A stretch of 64,000 bases of DNA from an uncultured delta proteobacterium (GTDB lineage: Bacteria; Desulfobacterota; Desulfomonilia; Desulfomonilales; Desulfomonilaceae). The DNA is taken from NCBI GenBank assembly GCA_963789265.1, contig CAWBKB010000004.1, forward strand, positions 1 to 64,000, read 5' to 3'. Below the pieces are notes generated by a model. The model searched no databases, was not told the DNA's origin, and saw nothing but the letters and a program-made list of their open reading frames with translations. This document shows positions 41,519-51,202 of this stretch, piece after piece (within the stretch, counting starts at the first letter, position 1; each line of letters begins with the position of its first letter). The position numbers and the translations under genes were made by a program.

Positions 41519-42285
41519 TTCAAGAAGGGGGTGGTAGCATTGGTTAAGCTGACCGCCTTTAGCGGAACAGCCGTTTTCCTTTCTGCCATTCTTCCGCATA
41601 CGGCCTCGTATAGGATTTTGCCCAACGAATAAACATCTCCTCGTTCATCGGTCCCTCCCAGATCCAAGAACTGTTCCGGAGCCATGTATAAAATGGTCCC
41701 CTCAACGTGATGGCTCCGAGTCAGTTGCTGCCACTGGACTCCTCCGGCCATTCCGAAATCGGTTATTTTCGGATTGGGTCCATCCATAAGCACATTCTCG
41801 GGCTTGATGCCACGATGAACGATTCCTCGCTCATGAATAGTTTCTATTCCGTCCAGGATTGGTAGAAAATAGTTATGAATCCAGTCTTGGATATCTTGCT
41901 CATTCTCTCCAAACCCTTTTGGGGGCATCGTGGAACGTAGTGTGGAACCTGGTACATATTCCAGCACCACGTAAGGGACAACTAATTCAGTATCTTTTCT
42001 TGCTACCGTGGTTGAGTCTTTGTCGTGGACCTGGACCACATTCGGATGTCGTACCTGAGCCATTGCCCTAGCTTCCCTATGGAATCGGCGGATTGTCGTA
42101 TGGATTTCCTCCCAATCTTCGTCGAATTCCATTAGATAATCAGCGGAAATTGTCTTCACGACCACTTGCCGGTCCAGATTGATCTGTCGGGCAAGGTACA
42201 GCTCGCTTTTGCCTCCAGTGGCGATGGGTTTCAAAATTTCCCACTTGGAGTCCAGGATCATCCCATTTTCCAGCAAACTTGACAT
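41519..42285 (-). pseudogene. N-terminal Ser/Thr protein kinase half of the interrupted kinase-cyclase gene
   Basis: GGKSELY, VVVK, RFHREA, HPNVV, HRGIKPEN, DFG, GT..YMAPE, DVYSLG. Confidence 0.92.
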
Positions 42286-42861
42286 GGTTCGCGCCCTCCT
42301 TCAGGCTCAAGGTTCTTTCTTCGTCTCAGACCATAGAAACGGAAGGCTCCACCATACCCTCCATACTGACTAGCGCGAGAAGGCCCACCCGAAAACAGAT
42401 TTCAAAAAATCCCGGTTTTAACAAAGCGGGGAACTTAAAAGGCGGGCTTGCGTGAAGGGAGCCAGTACCCTGCAACCGAGGATGGCTGGCGTACCGGACC
42501 CGCCGATAAAATAGGCTTGGTCGCCTGGATGAAATAATTTAGGTGCTCCGTTTGGGTCTACTCCTTTTAGCTAGGAATGACATGGGCGTTCCCTAAAAGT
42601 TCCGTTAGAAATACGTAAGATCCGCGAGGTACCCGAAAAGACGGCAAATTTTCTGAAGCTTCACCTTTGCTGATACAGAGCTGATGAGATGGAGTCCCAT
42701 TTTGCGGAATCAGCAACCCATGACTATATTCGAAACGTAATAAACGGAATTTTGCCGGCATGGCATCGAGAGAACTCCAAGCTCAATAGCGATGCACGCA
42801 GGGCCTATTCCACTGGTTCCCATGAACAATTACATCCAGGCAACGATGGGAGGAATAAATT

Positions 42862-43223
42862 ATGAGAGGTCAGATCTGTCACATAGAAATCCCAGCGGAT
42901 AATCTTGAATCATTGCAAAAATTTTACGGCGGTGTTTTGAGTGGGATTTCGAGAAGATGTCCGGAGATATCGAATATTAGGGGATCAAACACGGCGATGA
43001 GAAACCCGGGGCAGGTATGATGGCACGCCAAGATCCCCGACAAACGCCAACTTTCTATGTTTGTGTGGATTCGGTTGAAGAATCTCTCGACAGAGCCAGG
43101 AATGAGGGCGCGACAGTGATTGTTCCCAGGACCGCGGTCAAGGGCATGGGCTGGTACGCCGTCGCGCCGGACCCCCAGAAGAATCTTTTCGGCTTGTGGC
43201 AGTCGGACGAGAATGCCGCTTAA
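42862..43223 (+). pseudogene. VOC/glyoxalase family pseudogene
   Basis: MRGQICHIEIPADNLE..QKFYG.. then a frameshift and a TAG; C-terminal half ends GMGWYA...DP..N.FGLWQ. Confidence 0.85.
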
Positions 43224-43407
43224 CAGAGCCGGTCTGACGGCGTGGGCAAGTCCTGAATGCTCTTGTCTGCGCCGTTTCCTTATGAAGAGAAGTCATCTCC
43301 GGTGGACTGGACGTCCTGCGGCCGGCGCATGGGCGTTAAGTTAACGATTTATTCCCCCCTTTTGTAAGGCGATATTATACTTGCCAAACCCAGAGAGGGG
43401 GAGTAAG

Positions 43408-44271
43408 ATGAATTTAACCTTTCGGCTATTAAGAGACAAGTCTTCTTTGAAAGACCCGTTTCACCCATTCCAGGTTGTGAGCTTGTGGGACATCTTGAGA
43501 TTTTATGCAAGAAATTTCGTTAGGATTTGCTCTAATTTGGCGCATTGCGCTGGGATCATTAACGCCCTGATGCACCCGGATTACTCGGTTGATTTGGCCG
43601 AAATACTGTTAGAAATACAAGAGTTGGGATTTAGGGCGGCAACATCGGGCCTAACCAACTCCGCGAGTAATGCAGACGTTTTGGTGGAACATATCAACTA
43701 TTTATGTAATCAAAACGTCGAAAAGCAGCACTATGATGAAATCCGGGGAAGGCTAGATTCATTAATTCAGGGCGTTTTGCACGAGATTGATAATAGAACC
43801 ATGTTGATGCTTTACCCTACAGGTTCAGGCTTTTATGAAATGGAAGGTACGTTCCTCGGCGAAGAGGTTTTGAGCAAATTTCCCGAATTGAGGAAAGATG
43901 CCGAAGAAGCCGGGAATTGCTTTGCAGTTGGGAGGTATACGGCTTCCGTCTTTCACATGATGCGAATCCTAGAAGTAGTTCTACGTAAATTTGCTCGCAA
44001 ACTAAAAGTAACTCCTAGGATTTTTGACAAAAAGGCATGGGGCATAATCTTGGGTGAAATTAATAAAAAACTTGAACACGAACAAATTGATCCGCCAAAA
44101 GTACGAGCCAAGAAAGACCGACGCAAAATTACTCATGGATTCTTGAATGGCGTAAGAATGGCATGGAGAGACGACACTATTCATGTCAGAGTTGATTACG
44201 ATGACAAAGACGCTATCAAGGTACTTAACGCCGTAAAGCTTTTTGTCGAAGACTACGCGAAATTGCGCTAA
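43408..44271 (+). CDS. HEPN-like domain cargo protein
   Basis: D.EEAG.C.A..RYTASVFH.MR.LE..LR, WG.IL, WRDDTIH (Rx4H). Confidence 0.7.
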   Translation: MNLTFRLLRDKSSLKDPFHPFQVVSLWDILRFYARNFVRICSNLAHCAGIINALMHPDYSVDLAEILLEIQELGFRAATSGLTNSASNADVLVEHINYLCNQNVEKQHYDEIRGRLDSLIQGVLHEIDNRTMLMLYPTGSGFYEMEGTFLGEEVLSKFPELRKDAEEAGNCFAVGRYTASVFHMMRILEVVLRKFARKLKVTPRIFDKKAWGIILGEINKKLEHEQIDPPKVRAKKDRRKITHGFLNGVRMAWRDDTIHVRVDYDDKDAIKVLNAVKLFVEDYAKLR

Positions 44272-44286
44272 GACAGGACGGTTATT

Positions 44287-45261
44287 ATGAGGCACGCAAC
44301 CATCTCTAAGCCACACTTCCAAACCGAAGAGGCTGCATACGCGTATATTGAAGCCCGGATATGGCCTAACGGTCCGGTGTGCCCCCATTGTGGTGCTACT
44401 GAGCGTATAAGTAAGATGAAGGGCAATAGCACCCGAATCGGGCTTTACAAGTGTTATGTGTGCCGAAAGCAGTTTTCTGTGAAGATCGGAACCATCTTTG
44501 AATCAAGCCATATTCCGCTTCGATTGTGGCTTCAGGCTATGACCCTCATTGCCGCATCAAAGAAGGGTATTTCCTCAAATCAACTCCACAGGATGTTGGG
44601 GATTACTCTCAAAAGTGCTTGGTTCATGAGTCATCGCATCCGAGAAGCCATGAGAAGCGGTGACCTGACCCCTTTTGGTGCAAATGGCGGGGCCGTGGAA
44701 TCTGACGAAACTTTTCTTTGGAATGAGCCCGGTAAAGAAGTGAAGAAAGGGTACGCGCACAAGCGCAAAATCCTTTCTCTCATTGACCGTGAGTCTGGTT
44801 GTTCACGAAGTATGGTCGTGGACAGCGTTGACGCAAAGACCATCGTTCCGATTCTACAGGAGAATATAGACCGAGAAGCAAGAGTTATGACTGACGATGC
44901 CGGTCAGTATCGCCACATTGACGAAAACTTTGCCGAGCATGGCATGGTTCAACACAGTAACGGGGAATATGTGTCCAGGGAAGACCGCACCGTCCACGTC
45001 AATTGCGCTGAAGGCTTCTTTTCGATCTTTAAGCGAGGAATGAAGGGCATCTATCAGCATTGCAAAAAACAGCATCTCCATCGTTACCTTGCCGAATTCG
45101 ATTTTCGGTATAATAACCGTTGTGGCAGGCCCAACAGCAAGAAGAGATCCGCCCGTAAAGGCTTTAGCGATACTGAGAGAGCCGATATACTGCTAAGGGG
45201 CGTAGTGGGAAAGCGTCTCACCTATCAAACGACTGATAGGCAAATCGGGGTTATGCGATAA
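44287..45261 (+). CDS. IS1595 family transposase (intact)
   Basis: CPHCG..C..C, ESDETF, MTDD, NCAEGFFS, LHRYLAEFDFRYN. Confidence 0.96.
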   Translation: MRHATISKPHFQTEEAAYAYIEARIWPNGPVCPHCGATERISKMKGNSTRIGLYKCYVCRKQFSVKIGTIFESSHIPLRLWLQAMTLIAASKKGISSNQLHRMLGITLKSAWFMSHRIREAMRSGDLTPFGANGGAVESDETFLWNEPGKEVKKGYAHKRKILSLIDRESGCSRSMVVDSVDAKTIVPILQENIDREARVMTDDAGQYRHIDENFAEHGMVQHSNGEYVSREDRTVHVNCAEGFFSIFKRGMKGIYQHCKKQHLHRYLAEFDFRYNNRCGRPNSKKRSARKGFSDTERADILLRGVVGKRLTYQTTDRQIGVMR

Positions 45262-45425
45262 TGGGAAGAAAGAAAAAACCGAAGCCAGACGACGCGGAGC
45301 AATATGCGCGCTTCGTAAAGGTTGCTGAAGAACATTTGGGAGAAGACGCAGAAGAAAAACTTGACGAAGCCCTAAAGAAGATACTCCCAGCAAAAAAAAC
45401 AAAAGAACCGACCGAGAATGCATAA
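45261..45425 (+). CDS. Small IS1595-associated protein (54 aa, below the ORF-track cutoff)
   Basis: MGRKKKPKPDDAEQYARFVKVAEEHLGEDAEEKLDEALKKILPAKK...; TAATG coupling to the transposase. Confidence 0.75.
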   Translation: MGRKKKPKPDDAEQYARFVKVAEEHLGEDAEEKLDEALKKILPAKKTKEPTENA

Positions 45426-45903
45426 ACAGAAATTCATAAAGGTCAACGCACCGGTGGATGAAGGCGTTGCTGACTTGGTGACGGCTCTAAGTGCCTTTGC
45501 ACGACTTCAAACAATTTCAAGCTGCCAAGGCAGTCAAGATCGACCAGCGCGAATATTATTCATATATGGCTGTTATGAGGGCCGACATTTCTGGAGAGAA
45601 TTGGCAGAATTTGTTCTTGGCTTTTTTGGGCCAGCCTTAGTAAGAGAAGTTGGGGATAGGGCGACCGTTTATCTCCAAGTTTGTGAATCGGGTCTTATTC
45701 AAGCAGAGTTAACGGTTTGGCATGAAGCTTTCCCGCACGTTCTGCGCGCATTGAAGCGACTACACAAACGCTTTACCAGCGAGGCTGACCATAAGTTAGG
45801 GTATTCTGGTGACACTCTGGGCACATGGCAAGAAGATTGCCAAGGTCATCACCGCCCCATCTCGATCTATGGTGAGCATGCCAACCCCAACCAAGGGGCT
45901 TAG
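45418..45903 (+). CDS. Hypothetical cargo protein
   Basis: Start overlaps the upstream stop; motif VD..VA.LV.AL......T.SSCQG. Confidence 0.6.
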   Translation: MHKQKFIKVNAPVDEGVADLVTALSAFARLQTISSCQGSQDRPARILFIYGCYEGRHFWRELAEFVLGFFGPALVREVGDRATVYLQVCESGLIQAELTVWHEAFPHVLRALKRLHKRFTSEADHKLGYSGDTLGTWQEDCQGHHRPISIYGEHANPNQGA

Positions 45904-46024
45904 GGCATCTCATTCCACGCGGATGTTCAAAACAGGTAAGCATGGTACACTCGCAAAAACCGCCTGCTCTCAAGTACAGTTCGTTTCGTGTTGATTCAGG
46001 AATGGACATGATGTTATCCTCCAT
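45773..46024 (-). CDS. Small HNH endonuclease
   Basis: RAGG.CEC...C......WHAHH....GG.D..NL..MC.ECH. Confidence 0.8.
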   Translation of the reverse strand: MEDNIMSIPESTRNELYLRAGGFCECTMLTCFEHPRGMRCPKPLGWGWHAHHRSRWGGDDLGNLLAMCPECHQNTLTYGQPRW

Positions 46025-46238
46025 TGGTTGTTTAGGGGTCGCCCTGACCCAACATCGGGCCGAATAAAGGAATGATACCGCTAAGATAGTTCCTTTATTC
46101 GGCTTTTTCCGTTTCTGAATCGGGAAGACTACATGGTTCTGTTCTTGTTTTCAAGAGGTAAGTTATTGGAACCGCGCGCGTTTTTAGATAGAAAGTATCA
46201 AGGCAAACAAAGAAGGGTTTGGCAAGTATAATATCGCC

Positions 46239-46320
46239 TTTTGTAAAGGGGGGCCAGGGGGGATTTTGGGATAACTCATTGAAAATCCCCCTAAATTCCC
46301 CTTTAGAAAAGGTGGACTTT
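46239..46320. repeat. CCCCCCTTT..AAAGGGGGG REP-like doublet, split by IS1595 element 2
   Basis: Removing the IS restores TTCCCCCCTTTTGTAAAGGGGGGCCAGGGGGGATTT, with an inverted partner AAATCCCCCTAAATTCCCCTTTAGAAAAGG. Confidence 0.75.
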
Positions 46321-46865
46321 GATCGCCCTCGGCCTCCATTCACCTCTTGAAAAGGAACGAAATTGCCTTAAGTTAGCGCCTGTGTGCGGCTGGCGGGACT
46401 GCTCCAACGGTCTATGACAGACTGTCGTCTCAAGCTCCCCGATCAAATCGTTTCGCACATATCCAAGTATCGGTCACGGCACATGCAACTCGATCCAATC
46501 GGGCAACAACCGGGGATATTATCTTTAGGACATTTTTCGCACCGATAGTAATTTACAGGACAGGTCAGTGTATTTGATTTCACAGGCTTTCTGGATTTCT
46601 CCTCGTACGTGGATTTCTCATTCATTTTCAATCACCTCGCGGCTATCTGTGCCGATCGTTTCCAGTAATAATGATGCCGATCGTCAGTTAGAAGTTTCGT
46701 AATCGTTCGCGAGATAATCAATCCCGCGATCCGCGCGGGATCACCGTCCAGCGAGGCGTGGCTTGTGCCGAAAAGGCGGAACATTGGCCCCTACGGTTCC
46801 CTCCGTAAGCGGAAATGACAACAAAACGATATCCTGCACCGCGACACGGATATTACTCCGCTCCG

Positions 46866-47330
46866 TTACTCGCCCTGCAGGACGCTCTGAAGTTCCTCGA
46901 TAAACGGGCGCTGGCCCTTCAATATTTTTTCATTTGCGATATCGGGCTCGAACCATTCAGCATGATCGACCTCGGGAAATTCCTGGAAGCGCCCGGAACG
47001 AGGAGGCCATTCCATGGAGAAAGTATTGCTGGCAACTTGCCTGGCGTCGCAGTCTCCTTCGAATGCCCAAGCAGACACAACTTTGCCGCCAGGTTGCTTC
47101 ACGTCCTTGAGTTTCATGAATTCGCCGACCGGCGTAAAGCCTGTTTCCTCGAGAAATTCCCGCTTAGCTGCCTCAAATGGATCTTCACCGGGTTCATATT
47201 CGCCTTTGGGAATGGACCAGGCCCCGATATCCTTCTTGGCCCAGAATGGCCCGCCCATGTGGACCAGAAATACCTCCAGATTTCCCTCAATAAGCCTATA
47301 CATGAGAAGTCCCGCGCTTCTTTTTGCCAT
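46866..47330 (-). CDS. NUDIX hydrolase
   Basis: WSIPKGE...GED...AA.REF.EETG. Confidence 0.93.
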   Translation of the reverse strand: MAKRSAGLLMYRLIEGNLEVFLVHMGGPFWAKKDIGAWSIPKGEYEPGEDPFEAAKREFLEETGFTPVGEFMKLKDVKQPGGKVVSAWAFEGDCDARQVASNTFSMEWPPRSGRFQEFPEVDHAEWFEPDIANEKILKGQRPFIEELQSVLQGE

Positions 47331-47420
47331 CTTGTGACCTCTCCGGGATAGCGTTTCAAAGTACTCTGCCTTATCAAAATATTGTATATGCCCGGGAGAC
47401 AATGTCACCGTGTGGTCTCA

Positions 47421-48008
47421 TCACGGTGTAGCGCTCGTGAAAATCTCGACTGCCTCTCTTAGAGCCGGCTCAAGATGATCGAAGATAATCTCCGACTGCA
47501 AGCCCGTCAAACGATCCTTGCACCACCTCGTTACGGACAGATTCTGATCGATCCGATACAACGCCGTCCATCCCTCATCCGGGGCGGCGGGGTCTAGACT
47601 CGAAGCTGCTCTGAGCAGCTTGCTGTCGGGTACTTTATCTTTCCGTAGGCTATTGCGTATCATGCAGATCTCGATTGATGTGTTCACGAAAACCCCCACA
47701 GTAACAAAACCGGCTCCGTTCGCGATTCCTATGACAGGACTTCTGCGTTCAGACGTCAAGAGCATGGCATCCAATACAAAGGATTGTCCTTCTTTGACAC
47801 AACGACCAATTTTTCCCCAAACTTGGAGCCATGAATCACGTAGGATATGTTTCTTATATATTCTATTTCCCCTCCTATTCCTGGGGATCAAGTCATCCGA
47901 GCTGATACGCTCGATGCCCAACCGATCGGACAACGAACCGGCAATAGCGGATTTCCCCGATGCCGGGATACCTATCAAAGCGACTGCCAAGGGACCTGGG
48001 ACCATCAT
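47421..48008 (-). CDS. P-loop kinase (AAA_33 / polynucleotide kinase-like)
   Basis: GIPASGKS, ISSDDL, VLDA, C..RN..R...VP. Confidence 0.8.
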   Translation of the reverse strand: MMVPGPLAVALIGIPASGKSAIAGSLSDRLGIERISSDDLIPRNRRGNRIYKKHILRDSWLQVWGKIGRCVKEGQSFVLDAMLLTSERRSPVIGIANGAGFVTVGVFVNTSIEICMIRNSLRKDKVPDSKLLRAASSLDPAAPDEGWTALYRIDQNLSVTRWCKDRLTGLQSEIIFDHLEPALREAVEIFTSATP

Positions 48009-48488
48009 CAAGCCCAATGATTCACCGCGGAGAACGCAGAGACCGCGGTGAATTTTCTTATCTCTGCACTTCAAGTGATGAGGTGGGGCAAATTTACATC
48101 CGTGGCGGCCTGTAGGGCAGAGTAGCATTCACTCCGGGACTACCGGTCGCGCCCCTGCTCGGCCGTACTTGCTTATCGAATAGATCCGAGCGCGGGGATG
48201 TCGTCACTGGGGCGGGAGAGGGGAACGAGAACTGAAGTCCGAACCTTGCCGAACAATGTGGAACTGAGGTTGTGGAATGCTGTCCCCATAATGGGGCTGA
48301 TGACACCCTAAATGGGGACAATTCGTCAAATGGTTCTGTCTCTTGAACCCTCGCTTCTTGCCCGACCGCAATCTCGATTCTCGTGAATACTTCGAGTTTT
48401 CGAATAAGGAACTGGCGACAATTTCAGATTGTCTTAAATTCCGACAGGCGTTATGCCCACACACATATATATGCTCAAGAGGTTCTCA

Positions 48489-48590
48489 ATGCGTGTAACT
48501 GTCCATATTCCCGACAATCTGGAGCCGAGCTTGAAACAAGCAGCCCGTAATGAAGGCATGTCCGTATCTGCTCTTACCGGTCCAATATGA
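48489..48590 (+). pseudogene. Truncated ribbon-helix-helix antitoxin
   Basis: MRVTVHIPDNL...LKQAARNEGMSVSAL, then an early stop; RBS AGAGG. Confidence 0.6.
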
Positions 48591-48665
48591 CGGCCTTGAT
48601 TTTTGTAAACATTTCACTATGTGAAAACAGTGTTGTCGAATTTCGCGCCGCGACACATCAATGGC

Positions 48666-48911
48666 TTATTGCCTACTTTCCCGCCAGAGAAAAATCGCCA
48701 GTATTAATGCGATGACGAAGGCAACAAGGCTGGGCCACAAAGGAAGCGCGACTCCGTTCGCTACCACTCTCACGTGAAAAATTACTCTCAAGAGTTGCGC
48801 AATAGCGATCAGAAAAAATATGATCGCACCAATAATTGTTGCAGGTCTTGCCTTCCACGGGTTCACAGATAACCCGCTTGTTTGCAGCCAACGACGAAGA
48901 GTTGTAGCCAT
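48666..48911 (-). CDS. Small two-TM membrane protein
   Basis: PAT.I...IF.LIAIAQLLR.IF...V..NG...P.WPS. Confidence 0.7.
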   Translation of the reverse strand: MATTLRRWLQTSGLSVNPWKARPATIIGAIIFFLIAIAQLLRVIFHVRVVANGVALPLWPSLVAFVIALILAIFLWRESRQ

Positions 48912-49054
48912 CGAAAAATCTCCTAATTATTTGGTCTGTTACAATGAAATTGGGTACTGGACGCCAATTTGGCAAGAAGCAAAATTGCCACCTATTCTTG
49001 ACGGTACTTGATCGGACGGGTCAAACGCTGACGCGATGGATGAGTGCCGTTGAT

Positions 49055-49996
49055 CTATTCGGACTCGTTGCTTTGCACGAAACCGACAATCCCTGCGACA
49101 AGGATGATTCCGGCCCCTAAGAAGAGTACAACCCATCCCCATCCCATTCGGAGTTGCATGGCCAGGCTCATGCCTTTCGCGATCGCTTGAGTAAATGCAT
49201 TTCCCCCAGCTTGTTTTAACGCCTGATCCATAAATGGCTTCATAGCAGGCATGGCCAAGGTTAGAGTCTTGAACGCATGAAAGTAATAAAGTAGCATCCC
49301 CAGCGAACAAAGGCCGGGGATCCATTGTAACTTTGCATAGTTAATTAAGGGTAAAATTATAGCCACAATTCCGCATGCGGCCAGGATAACAGCCACTCCC
49401 GCCTTCGCCTTAACGAAGCTTATTCCGCCAACAGGATGGACCAGAATTGGTGTAAAGAGGCCAATCAATAGAATTATCCCGCCGGCACCTCCCAGGATAA
49501 GCGCAAGGCTCACGCTGGATTCTTTCCGCTCCGGAGCATAAGATGAGGCTCCTTGCCCCTCAGCGTTGGAAAAGTGCTGGATTTGTTGGCCAATTGGCAT
49601 TCCACGCAGATGTTGGTCGTATTCTGTCTGTCTGTCCTCAAATTTGGAGACCACAATACCGCATCTAGGGCACTCTTCAGGAACTTCAGGCTGCGAACCG
49701 CCGCAGGCAGGGCATTTCCATGCATCGAAAGGAGCCTGGGTGCGGGGAATAGTGGAATGAGCCTTACTTTCTTCAGCAATTGTGGCGGGTCGTGGCCCGC
49801 GGTCGGGTGCAGGGCGCATCGCGCTGGATTGTGGGAGTTCCGATTCGTTTAGGACACTTGCATTTACCAGTTTGTCAAACAAGCTTTGGAGCCCTTTGGG
49901 GCTCAGATTGTACTTCTTCATAATGTCTTGGCTGGTCATGCCGCCGCGGATGTCTCTCAACACTTCAGCCGCATTTATCACTATCTTGCCTGCCAT
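49055..49996 (-). CDS. Membrane protein with N-terminal HTH-like module and zinc ribbon
   Basis: INA.EVL.DIR.GM....IM.KY.LS.KGLQSLF.KLV; CPACG...ECPRCG; 4 TM segments. Confidence 0.8.
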   Translation of the reverse strand: MAGKIVINAAEVLRDIRGGMTSQDIMKKYNLSPKGLQSLFDKLVNASVLNESELPQSSAMRPAPDRGPRPATIAEESKAHSTIPRTQAPFDAWKCPACGGSQPEVPEECPRCGIVVSKFEDRQTEYDQHLRGMPIGQQIQHFSNAEGQGASSYAPERKESSVSLALILGGAGGIILLIGLFTPILVHPVGGISFVKAKAGVAVILAACGIVAIILPLINYAKLQWIPGLCSLGMLLYYFHAFKTLTLAMPAMKPFMDQALKQAGGNAFTQAIAKGMSLAMQLRMGWGWVVLFLGAGIILVAGIVGFVQSNESE

Positions 49997-50488
49997 AAAG
50001 GTTGACATCCTTCCAAGAAAAAGCGTCAGTAGCCAAGATGAGAATAAATCTATAATACTACAACTCGCGGCGCCACGATACACAAAAATTGCAATTCTTG
50101 GACCATGAAGTGCACTCACAGGCTTCGTACATTCGCATTTGTTTAAGCACCTTGTTCTCGTGTACGATCTTGGCAATCATAGAGGTCCACAGTAAGCTCC
50201 GTTCAACGAATTGCTAGTCGATCCGAGGTTGGATAGCGCTATGAGCCGTAAAGGCAACATCACCACTATGGGTCTTGAGTCCGCCCGCAATCTCCTTCTT
50301 GGCCGCGTGGGTGTCGTCGCGTCCTTTACGCCGGTGCGCCATAGCGAGATCTGCCCCTACAGGAAAGCATGAAATAACCCCTGTCGACGCAATGCACCGG
50401 CAGGGGTTATTTTTTTTGAAGTGCCCCCCTCGTCCCGGTCAGACCGGAATGAAAGATAGGAGCCAAAGGAGACTGGGCCAAAGATCCG

Positions 50489-51202
50489 TCAAACTTCAAT
50501 CTGGATCAATCCGGCAAGCGCCCCTTTGTCGAGATGCAGAATCCTCTTGGATTTTTTGGCTGCACTGGGGTCGTGGGTAACCATAATAACGGTTTTGTGA
50601 AAAATGTCGTTAAAACGTCCTAAAAGATCAAGCACTTCCGATGCCGATTTCTTGTCCAGGTCTCCAGTAGGCTCGTCGGCCACAACAATGAGAGGATCGG
50701 TGACAAGCGCTCTGGCTATGGCCACTCTCTGTTGCTGACCGCCTGATAATTGCGGCGGGTAGTGATGCACTCTGTCGGCGAGTCCGACTGCATCCAACGC
50801 GGCCATCGCGTGGCTCTTGCGACTGCTGCGGCTTAAAGCGGTCAGCAGAAGCGGAAGCTGCACATTTTCAAATGCGGTAAGAACCGGGATCAAATTATAA
50901 AATTGAAATATAAATCCAATATGAGAGGCTCTCCAGGCGCTCAACTCCGATTCACCCAATTCCGATATGTCCACTCCCGCGACTTTAAGCATCCCCCGAT
51001 CGGGTCTGTCTATTCCCGCTATCAAGTTTAGAAGAGTTGTTTTCCCGGATCCTGAAGGGCCCATGAGTGCAAGGAATTCACCGTGCTCCACTCTCAGTGA
51101 AATGTTCCTCAGCACGGGAATCTCCTGATCCCCTCGAGTATAGGACTTGCTGAGCGCTTCAATAACGACCAATGGTCGTGATTCCGATTCTCGTCCGCTC
51201 AT
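50489..51202 (-). CDS. ABC transporter ATP-binding protein (MacB/LolD-like)
   Basis: GPSGSGKTT, LSGGQQQRV, ADEPTGDLD. Confidence 0.95.
   Translation of the reverse strand: MSGRESESRPLVVIEALSKSYTRGDQEIPVLRNISLRVEHGEFLALMGPSGSGKTTLLNLIAGIDRPDRGMLKVAGVDISELGESELSAWRASHIGFIFQFYNLIPVLTAFENVQLPLLLTALSRSSRKSHAMAALDAVGLADRVHHYPPQLSGGQQQRVAIARALVTDPLIVVADEPTGDLDKKSASEVLDLLGRFNDIFHKTVIMVTHDPSAAKKSKRILHLDKGALAGLIQIEV

Larger units (their letters stand above)
43368..46238 (+). mobile_element. IS1595-family (ISNwi-like) cargo-carrying element 2, 2871 bp
   Basis: TIR GGCGATATTATACTTGCCAAACCC at both ends; 8-bp TSD TTTTGTAA (43360-43367, 46239-46246). Confidence 0.95.

Noticed and set aside
40778..41599. 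Transposase start at 41599, or a programmed frameshift at 40808
   Set aside because: That start lies outside the TIR; the real start is 41455. The paralog is a single ORF and there is no slippery heptamer.
42430..42510. GC-rich hairpin upstream of the kinase as a riboswitch or ncRNA
   Set aside because: No family motif that I recognise.
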